DNA of 13,582 nt from a bacterium (GTDB lineage Bacteria > Patescibacteriota > Patescibacteriia > UBA1558 > S5-K13). Shown in pieces: positions 1-6,498 of this stretch. Location of the stretch: assembly GCA_029555085.1 (NCBI GenBank), contig JAKPTO010000011.1, positions 1 through 13,582 of the forward strand. Direction: 5' to 3'. The notes beneath the pieces were generated by a model. The model did not search any database. It was not told where the DNA came from and saw only the letters and a list, made by a program, of their open reading frames with translations. Position numbers and translations under genes: made by a program. Position 1 is the stretch's first letter; the number at the start of each line of letters is the position of its first letter.

Positions 1-50
1 CCGCCAATTTTCACTTTTTGTGAATAAAATTTAAACTATTTTTAATTGAT

Positions 51-214
51 AAAGAGAAGGGTTTTTCTCAGAATCATCTATCAAAAGAAGCGGAAGTGTG
101 TATAATACAATTATAAAAATAGAGTCAGGAGAGAATCCTAACCCTATAATAGACACGCCTGAACGGATTACCAAAGCTCTCGAAGTGTCTATTGAAAAAT
201 TATTTAAGGAATAA
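51..214 (+). pseudogene. Frameshifted, N-terminally damaged XRE/Cro-C1 family helix-turn-helix regulator
   Basis: 51-98 reads KEKGFSQNHLSKEAEV; after a 1-nt frameshift 101-214 reads YNTIIKIESGENPNPIIDTPERITKALEVSIEKLFKE*. Joined, this fits the HTH_3/XRE pattern (G.SQ..L...A.V....I..IE.G...NP...T...I.KAL.V....L). No in-frame ATG; stop at 21-23 upstream. Not in the ORF track. Confidence 0.8.
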
Positions 215-218
215 AAAT

Positions 219-378
219 ATGAGCGAAAAATTTTCAACACCAGAAAAATTTAGAACAAACAACAAAATCGAGCATAGGTACAATTTCAGATGAAGAAGGA
301 ATTTATGTTAATATACCAAAAAACGCAACGCTTCATTCGGGTTGGAGAATTGTTGGATTGAAAAAGTTAAAAGAATAA
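219..378 (+). pseudogene. Probable frameshifted remnant of a hypothetical protein gene
   Basis: ATG 219, 4 nt after the HTH stop and preceded by AAGGA. Reads MSEKFSTPE; removing one A from the A-run near 245 continues NLEQTTKSSIGTISDEEGIYVNIPKNATLHSGWRIVGLKKLKE* to TAA 376-378. The unshifted frame stops after 24 codons. Confidence 0.45.
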
Positions 379-596
379 AATAGCACACCAACTTCTCACT
401 AACACAATAACCCATAAAATTATCATTGTTAACAGACAATTTTTTAATATATTTTTAGATATAAACTAATAGATAAAAAAACAGATTTAGTGATTAATAT
501 AAAAATGTTTAATTAAAATATTATAAAAATAATTTCTATTTATACAATAAAATATCTAATAACCCAATCCCGAGTTTTTCTATCAATTATATAAGC

Positions 597-626
597 AAAA
601 AAGCTCGGCATTACTGTCGAGCTTTT
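597..626 (-). terminator. Rho-independent terminator (copy 1), possibly bidirectional
   Basis: Minus strand AAAAGCTCGACA-GTAA-TGCCGAGCTTTTTT: GC-rich stem with one mismatch, GNRA loop, U-tract. Confidence 0.8.
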
Positions 627-634
627 AATTAAGT

Positions 635-650
635 GAATCCTCGAGGATTC
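635..650. repeat. Perfect 16-bp palindrome/hairpin GAATCCTCGAGGATTC
   Basis: Self-complementary; lies between the stop codon at 657-659 and the terminator. Variant counterpart at 2592-2610. Confidence 0.85.
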
Positions 651-656
651 TAATTT

Positions 657-767
657 CTAAGTTTCATCTTCGATTTCATCAATGTCTTCAGTAACCTGTT
701 CTTGTCTGTGGTTCATCGGAATGAAACCACCTTTTTTTCGACCCCTTCCACGACATCCTCTGCCAAT
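657..767 (-). pseudogene. 5'-truncated second allele of the 63-aa small protein gene (3' 36 codons)
   Basis: Reads IGRGCRGRGRKKGGFIPMNHRQEQVTEDIDEIEDET*, matching the C-terminal part of 2623-2814. Upstream there is an in-frame TAA within 7 codons and no ATG or SD. Confidence 0.85.
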
Positions 768-817
768 GAATGCTATTTTAATTATTTATCACGAGATGAT
801 AAAGCTTATTAAAAATA

Positions 818-846
818 TTGCCATAATACATACTATTATATATAAT
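818..846 (+). promoter_or_regulatory. Sigma70-type promoter for the 404-aa ORF
   Basis: TTGCCA (818-823) - 17 bp - TATAAT (841-846), ending 48 nt upstream of ATG 895. Confidence 0.75.
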
Positions 847-894
847 TAAATAACTAACAAGTAGTCTGACACTAAACAAGTAACACGCAACTCT

Positions 895-2109
895 ATGGGC
901 AAACAAGAATTGTTCTTCGCTAAAGAACCAAAAATAGCAAAACAAGAAGAAATCGATTCTATCAACGAATACTACATGTCGAGTGATAATCTGGACAGTC
1001 AGATGTCACCAGCATTAGCGGCGGATAAGGCTGAAAAAGAGGCTAGCGAGCTGCTAATAGCTACAAAAAAGTACCATCAAATGCTAAATAAATATAAAGA
1101 AATTGAATCGGAAATAAGAATGAATCTGGCCAGAATTAATGATTTGAATCGGGATACAATATCAAAGATCATTTCAAGAATGGATAAAGACAGACATGAG
1201 TTACACCTGGCCACGATAGCGATGGCAGTTAAACTTGGAAAAAATGAACAAGATGTTTTAGTTGATTTAGTTAGGAAAGATAAGACACTTGCAGAATACG
1301 GCTTGCCAGAATTTTCAATATTTAACGGCTATGACATCATAGATACCGGCTACTGGTATAAACCCTTCATTGTTGACTCTGGTTATGTTATCGAGCAAGG
1401 CGAATATTTGCCTGATCGTAGAGACAACGGCATTGCGAATATAGAGCGTATAATGAATTATAAGCTAGAAGGAAGAAATTATGAATATAAACCAATGATT
1501 CCAGCAGATTCCTTTATGCTCGCGTTCAGTATCAGCGCCCTGAGCGCTCTCCGGCTAGATTCCGAAATAAGAATAGACAAGGCGACCAAGTTAGCTAAAG
1601 AATTAGACGGCCAATATATCTCAAAGTGTGACAGCTGTTACCATGAGGGCTATATTCGTTTCACCGGAGTAATATTTAAAAACAATAGATTTGAGGAGGT
1701 TGTCAATTATATAAAAAACAGCGGGAATAAATTTAGATTCGGTCAGGAATTCTATTCAGCTGAAGAGAAAGAACTGCTCAAAAAAAGATGGTTAGAAATT
1801 AAAAATTACAATAATAATAAGTTAAAGGAATTAGCCGATATAATTGAAAAATATAAAAATGCCCTAAAGAATAAAACCAACGATATTACAATAAACACCA
1901 GAAACATATTTGAACAGATGCCAGAAGAGTATGACAATCATCCACTTTATAGTCTTATATTCGAAATTAACGAACAGTTAAACTCACAAATATTTCAAGA
2001 ACTTATTTATTTAAAAAAAACCAATAAATTAGATGATAAAAATACTGCCATCTTGCTAGAAAAATTAAATAATCTATCCTTAGAAATAGAAAACTATTTC
2101 AAATCATAA
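895..2109 (+). CDS. Hypothetical protein, 404 aa; likely helical/coiled-coil ends and a central alpha/beta region with CDSCYH
   Basis: Long uninterrupted ORF with its own promoter, opposite in strand to the core genes. No family recognised; no signal peptide or TM segment apparent. Confidence 0.85.
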   Translation: MGKQELFFAKEPKIAKQEEIDSINEYYMSSDNLDSQMSPALAADKAEKEASELLIATKKYHQMLNKYKEIESEIRMNLARINDLNRDTISKIISRMDKDRHELHLATIAMAVKLGKNEQDVLVDLVRKDKTLAEYGLPEFSIFNGYDIIDTGYWYKPFIVDSGYVIEQGEYLPDRRDNGIANIERIMNYKLEGRNYEYKPMIPADSFMLAFSISALSALRLDSEIRIDKATKLAKELDGQYISKCDSCYHEGYIRFTGVIFKNNRFEEVVNYIKNSGNKFRFGQEFYSAEEKELLKKRWLEIKNYNNNKLKELADIIEKYKNALKNKTNDITINTRNIFEQMPEEYDNHPLYSLIFEINEQLNSQIFQELIYLKKTNKLDDKNTAILLEKLNNLSLEIENYFKS

Positions 2110-2196
2110 CTACTATATATAATCCAATGCTAATAACCTTCAGTTATCTGTTAAACACAAAATCCTATAACGGCTGACCTAGTACCAAAAACTGTC

Positions 2197-2403
2197 TTAA
2201 TTGCCCTCAATCAAACCAATTACCTGACCATCGCCACCGGTCAAGGTCAAATCACCACTATCGCTGATATTATAGCCGAAACCTTTTTGAACCACTAAAT
2301 CTGTTTTTAATTCATTTACTTTATTTACTGCTTTTACATAACACCATCTTGTATATACATCTATTAATGTATATACACATATCTTTTCTTTTTCGTTTTT
2401 CAT
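2197..2403 (-). pseudogene. Chimeric ORF: integrase-core transposase fragment fused to an unrelated GC-richer fragment
   Basis: First 30 residues are transposase-like. Composition and peptide character change at about 2293-2309 (…QKGFGYNISDSGDLTLTGGDGQVIGLIEGN). The coding strand of the second fragment is ambiguous because the + strand is also open over 2155-2298. Confidence 0.5.
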
Positions 2404-2448
2404 AAGATGAATATTAATATAAACTAATAGATAAAAACAGATTTAGTG
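2293..2448. repeat. Perfect 17-bp inverted repeat (2293-2309 and 2432-2448) enclosing the transposase fragment
   Basis: CACTAAATCTGTTTTTA at 2293-2309 is the exact reverse complement of TAAAAACAGATTTAGTG at 2432-2448. Sixteen bp of the motif recur at 477-492 as part of repeat copy 1. Confidence 0.9.
2314..2412 (-). mobile_element. Small internal fragment of an IS481/IS3-like DDE transposase (rve integrase core, first beta strands)
   Basis: IHLMKNEKEKICVYTLIDVYTRWCYVKAVNKVN matches the rve pattern (D-T-I-H…Y.hhT.ID..SR…A). The first catalytic Asp and everything downstream are missing. Confidence 0.7.
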
Positions 2449-2740
2449 ATTAATATAAAAATGTTTAATTAAAATATTATAAAAATAATTTCTATTTATA
2501 CAATAAAATATCTAATAACCCAATCCTGTGTTTTTCTATCAATTATTATAAGCAAAAAAGCTCGGCATTGCTGTCGAGCTTTTAATTAAGTAAACCCTCG
2601 AGGGGGGTTCTAACTGTAGAGATTACTCATCTTCGGTTTCATCAATACATTCATCACATTCATCAACTTGTTCTTGTCTGTGATTCATCGGAATGAAACC
2701 ACCTTTTTTTCGACCCCTTCCACGACATCCTCTGCCAATG
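2417..2740. repeat. Direct repeat copy 2 (324 bp) of 459-768
   Basis: See copy 1. This copy is continuous with the intact 63-aa gene. Confidence 0.97.
2554..2583 (-). terminator. Rho-independent terminator of the 63-aa gene (copy 2)
   Basis: Minus strand AAAAGCTCGACA-GCAA-TGCCGAGCTTTTTT, about 40 nt after the stop at 2623-2625. Confidence 0.85.
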
Positions 2741-2814
2741 GGCGTGCCACTGCGATTCGTATCGTTATTGGAATCTAATTTTTTTTCTGCGCGTTTCTTT
2801 AGTTTTTGCGCCAT
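2623..2814 (-). CDS. Small disordered protein (63 aa): basic N-terminus, GRGCRGRGRKKGG core, acidic C-terminal tail
   Basis: ATG with AGGAGG (2824-2829) 9 nt upstream and a terminator downstream. Comparison with the second allele shows three synonymous changes and one in-frame 9-nt indel, consistent with coding selection. Confidence 0.8.
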   Translation of the reverse strand: MAQKLKKRAEKKLDSNNDTNRSGTPIGRGCRGRGRKKGGFIPMNHRQEQVDECDECIDETEDE

Positions 2815-2873
2815 ATGGATTTTCCTCCTATAATTTGATTTCTTTCATGATAGATACATTACTACATTAACAA

Positions 2874-3176
2874 CTATTCGTCAATATAATCTCCTCCACT
2901 ATTGCTAATTTTTTTAGCTCGATTATAAAATTCTTCTGAAATTCTAATAGTGCGTTTACACTGATCACATCTGTGAAAATATATATTTTCTCCAGAAAAA
3001 GCATGATAAATCCCAAATTCATGTATAAAAACACCTCCCATGCGAATACAATTCTTTTTTAACAAAAAGGTATTATCCACTAAATGAAAACTAAAATGAA
3101 TTTCATCTCCACATTCACTTAACTCTTCCAAACGACGAGCTTTTTTTAACTCAAACTCATTCAAATTATGCTTCAC
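2874..3176 (-). CDS. Hypothetical protein, 100 aa, possible zinc-binding (C-x8-H…CxxC)
   Basis: GTG start with GGGAGG (3182-3187) 5 nt upstream; follows ppsA after a 22-nt gap. Contains CIRMGGVFIH and HRCDQCK. Confidence 0.7.
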   Translation of the reverse strand: MKHNLNEFELKKARRLEELSECGDEIHFSFHLVDNTFLLKKNCIRMGGVFIHEFGIYHAFSGENIYFHRCDQCKRTIRISEEFYNRAKKISNSGGDYIDE

Positions 3177-3198
3177 AATTTCCTCCCATTTATATAAA

Positions 3199-5592
3199 CT
3201 ATTTATTTTTTCCCAACATTAAAATTGTCTTAACAACTGAGTCCGGAATCAGCGACATACTATCAATTCCTTCTTTTACTAAAAATTTTGCAAATTCAGG
3301 AAAATCACTTGGCGCTTGTCCACAAATTCCAACCTTTCTTTTATTTTTCTTTGCTATTTTTATAACTTGAGCAATTAAGGTTTTTACTGCTTGATTTTGT
3401 TCATCATAAATATGCGACAACATAGCAGAATCCCTATCTACTCCCAAAGTTAACTGAGTTAAGTCATTTGAACCGATAGAAAATCCATCAAAAATTTTAC
3501 AAAACTCTTCTGCTAATATTACATTTGATGGAATCTCGCACATAACATAAATTTCTAATCCATTTACTCTTCTTTTCAATCCCTCACTTTCCATTATTTT
3601 TATAACTTTTTTTCCCTCTTCTACTGTTCTACAAAATGGAATCATTATTTTTACATTATTGAGACCCATTTGTTCTCTAACTCTTTTTAGTGCCTGACAT
3701 TCCAATCTAAAAGCTTTTTCATATTTTTTGTCATAATAACGAGATGCTCCGCGCCAACCAATCATTGGATTGCCCTCAATTGGCTCAAAATATTTTCCAC
3801 CTAATAAATTTGCATATTCATTTGATTTAAAATCAGATAATCTTACAATTACATCTTTTGGATAAAATGCTGCTGAAATACGAGCTACGCCTTCGGCAAG
3901 TTTTTCAACAAAAAATTCTGCTTTGCTTTTATAATTAACTGTTAAATTTTTAATTTGTTCACGCTCTTCTTTGTCTTTTACTTTTTCAAATTCCAAAAGC
4001 GCTAATGGATGAATTTTTATATAATTTGAAATTATAAATTCTTCTCTCGCAAGACCAACTCCGTGATTTGGAATCATTGAATCCCTAAATGCCTGCCTTG
4101 GATTTCCAACATTCATCATTATTTTTACATTTTTCGGTAATTTAAGAAACTTCAAATCTATATCTTTTTTCTCAAACGGAACTTTTCCATCATACACAAA
4201 TCCCTCTTCACCAAGAGAACAATCAACTGTCACAAATTGATTATTTTTTAATTTTGAAGTTGCAGTTGTTGTTCCGACAACACATGGAATTCCAAGTTCA
4301 CGAGACACAATTGCCGCATGACAGGTTCTTCCACCTGAATTTGTTATAATTGCGCTAGCTTTTTTCATTACTGGCTCCCAATCAGGATCAGTCATTTCTG
4401 CAACTAAAATTTCTCCCTGTTTAAAATTAACGAGCTCTGAAACTTTTTTTATAATGTGAGTAGGGCCACAACCAATTTTTTTACCCACTGATTGTCCTGT
4501 TAAAATTATTTTTCCTTTTTGTTTTATTTTATACTCAGTCAAAATATTTTTATTCTCACGAGATATAACTGTTTCTGGGCGAGCTTGAACAATATATAAT
4601 TTATTTGTCTTTCCATCTTTTGCCCACTCCATATCCATTGGCCTCTTATAATAATCCTCTATGATTACTGCCCACTTTGCCAATTGAATTATTTCCTTAT
4701 CTTCTAAAACAAATTTTAATCTCTCTTCAATTGGCACATCAACATTTTGAGTTGAATGCGTACCACCTGTTGCATATATTAATTTTTTCGCTTTTTCTCC
4801 TACGTCTTTACCTATAATAGAATTATATTTTCGCTTCAATGTTGGTTTATAAACATGATATTCATCCGGCGTAACAACTCCCTTTACAACATATTCTCCT
4901 AGTCCATAAGCGGCATTTATAACAACAATTTCGGGAAATCCAGATTCAGTATCAACTGAAAACATAACTCCTGACGACGCAAGGTCGGATCTTACCATTT
5001 TTTGAACCACCACTGATAATGCAATTTTAAAATGACTAATTTTTTTATCCATTCTATAAGAAATTGAACGATCTGTGAATAAAGATGCCATGCATTTTTT
5101 GACCGACTCTAATAAGGAATGCTCACCGGTAATATTTAAATAAGATTCTTGCTGACCCGCGAAACTAGCATCAGGAGCATCTTCCGCTGTAGCGCTAGAA
5201 CGAACCGCAACATCACAATCCAATATTGTGGTTTTATAAAAATCTGCTAATTTTTTATATGCATCAATTATTTGTTCTTTTAAATCTTCTGGAAATTCTG
5301 ATTTTAAAATCAATTCTCTAATTTTCTTTGCTTTATTTTGTAAATCGGTAATTCTATCTATCCTCAGCTCTCTCAAAATTTTATTAATATCTTCCTTTAT
5401 CTTGTTGTGTTTTAAAAAATACCAATAAGCATCAGATGTTATTGCAAATCCATTTGGAATAGGAACTCCCTTACTTGAAAGTTTTTGGTACATCTCGCCA
5501 AGCGATGCATTTTTACCACCAACAAGAGGAACATCTTTTATTGTTAATTCTTTAAACCATGATACATATTTTTGTTTTTTTGTTTTAGACAT
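3199..5592 (-). CDS. ppsA: Phosphoenolpyruvate synthase (pyruvate, water dikinase)
   Basis: 797 aa; VGGKNASLGEM, AVRSSATAED…SFAGQQ, phospho-His motif GGRTCHAAIVSRELG, GFSIGSNDLTQ, GICGQAPSD. Confidence 0.98.
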   Translation of the reverse strand: MSKTKKQKYVSWFKELTIKDVPLVGGKNASLGEMYQKLSSKGVPIPNGFAITSDAYWYFLKHNKIKEDINKILRELRIDRITDLQNKAKKIRELILKSEFPEDLKEQIIDAYKKLADFYKTTILDCDVAVRSSATAEDAPDASFAGQQESYLNITGEHSLLESVKKCMASLFTDRSISYRMDKKISHFKIALSVVVQKMVRSDLASSGVMFSVDTESGFPEIVVINAAYGLGEYVVKGVVTPDEYHVYKPTLKRKYNSIIGKDVGEKAKKLIYATGGTHSTQNVDVPIEERLKFVLEDKEIIQLAKWAVIIEDYYKRPMDMEWAKDGKTNKLYIVQARPETVISRENKNILTEYKIKQKGKIILTGQSVGKKIGCGPTHIIKKVSELVNFKQGEILVAEMTDPDWEPVMKKASAIITNSGGRTCHAAIVSRELGIPCVVGTTTATSKLKNNQFVTVDCSLGEEGFVYDGKVPFEKKDIDLKFLKLPKNVKIMMNVGNPRQAFRDSMIPNHGVGLAREEFIISNYIKIHPLALLEFEKVKDKEEREQIKNLTVNYKSKAEFFVEKLAEGVARISAAFYPKDVIVRLSDFKSNEYANLLGGKYFEPIEGNPMIGWRGASRYYDKKYEKAFRLECQALKRVREQMGLNNVKIMIPFCRTVEEGKKVIKIMESEGLKRRVNGLEIYVMCEIPSNVILAEEFCKIFDGFSIGSNDLTQLTLGVDRDSAMLSHIYDEQNQAVKTLIAQVIKIAKKNKRKVGICGQAPSDFPEFAKFLVKEGIDSMSLIPDSVVKTILMLGKNK

Positions 5593-5610
5593 TTGTTTAT
5601 AATTAAAAAT

Positions 5611-6459
5611 TTAATAAGTTACATTGAGCCAGGTACAATATCTTTTTCCGGTACTTGTCCTAAAATCAAGGGAAATACAGTTTTTATAATCTGGCTTATC
5701 TTTATAGCAATCTATTTTTTTAAAATCATTAGCAATTTTTTTAAAAATATTTTCATCTTCAAATGTAAAATATTTAACCATACTATACTTTGCGCTCGTT
5801 CCAAATGGTTCAATTGTAAAATCTTTAAATGCTAATTCTGCTTCACTAACTGAGACTTCTTTTCTTGCAACATTTAATCTTTTTAATAAATTATTTATGC
5901 CGACTTCGGCATTTTTATCATAATAATCAATTCTTAGTCTCGCTACATTATTAGATAATATAGCATAACTTTGATTTTCAAATTTTAAAATATTCTGATC
6001 TTCTGAATTATTTATATTAACAATATTGATTTTATTATTTTCAAACTTTATCTGGTACTGAAAAATTCTATTATTATAAGACACATCCATATTCCAATTT
6101 TTAATTTCTCCTATTTTTTCCTGTTTTTTAATTTGTATTGGTTCAAAATTACAAGAAATTTTTTGCGTTATATTTTTTAAATCTAATTTTATTAAGCTAT
6201 TTTCTTGATTTACACTAAAATCATAAATTAAATCAGCGCATGCATATTTATCTTTTGTGTTAAAATCTAAAAATAAACCATCCTTATTTTGCCCAATATT
6301 AAGTAATAAATTTTGAATTTCTAATTGCTTCTCAGTGACATGTTCTTTTACAATGGGCTGTTTTTTATTGCTAGTAACTATATCATAGTAAATTAGCAAT
6401 AAAAAAAATGCTATCAATATTACAAATAACAATAGTAAAATTATAATTTTTTTATTCAT
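5611..6459 (-). CDS. Hypothetical membrane-anchored/secreted protein, 282 aa
   Basis: MNKK followed by a long hydrophobic stretch (IIILLLLFVILIAFFLLLIYY), then a polar beta-rich domain with five Cys. Lies between pyk and ppsA with short gaps. Confidence 0.85.
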   Translation of the reverse strand: MNKKIIILLLLFVILIAFFLLLIYYDIVTSNKKQPIVKEHVTEKQLEIQNLLLNIGQNKDGLFLDFNTKDKYACADLIYDFSVNQENSLIKLDLKNITQKISCNFEPIQIKKQEKIGEIKNWNMDVSYNNRIFQYQIKFENNKINIVNINNSEDQNILKFENQSYAILSNNVARLRIDYYDKNAEVGINNLLKRLNVARKEVSVSEAELAFKDFTIEPFGTSAKYSMVKYFTFEDENIFKKIANDFKKIDCYKDKPDYKNCISLDFRTSTGKRYCTWLNVTY

Positions 6460-6498
6460 ATATTTATTTTATTATCTCGGACAAAGTCGAGAAATATT

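Larger units (their letters stand above)
459..768. repeat. Direct repeat copy 1 (310 bp) of 2417-2740
   Basis: Manual alignment: 477-570 identical to copy 2 (94 bp) and 712-768 identical to 2684-2740 (57 bp), with scattered substitutions and indels in between. Confidence 0.97.

Noticed and set aside
31-240. 69-aa minus-strand ORF from the track
   Set aside because: Antisense shadow of the XRE-HTH remnant on the + strand.
813-842. dif-like XerCD site
   Set aside because: Only a partial match to one arm in very AT-rich DNA; better explained as the sigma70 promoter.
1627-1644. c-type heme-binding motif in the 404-aa protein
   Set aside because: The motif is CxxCxH (CDSCYH), not CxxCH, and there is no export signal.
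2103-2156. Integron attC site after the 404-aa ORF (TAAC…GTTAAAC)
   Set aside because: The left box does not fit RYYYAAC, the span is too short, internal pairing is poor and no integron integrase is seen.
459-2740. Direct repeats as a DGR template/variable repeat pair
   Set aside because: Differences are not adenine-specific on either strand, include several indels, and no reverse transcriptase is present in the window.
459-2740. CRISPR array, or tRNA/tmRNA attachment site
   Set aside because: Only two long copies with no repeat-spacer periodicity. No cloverleaf or tmRNA ends; the duplicated part is protein-coding.
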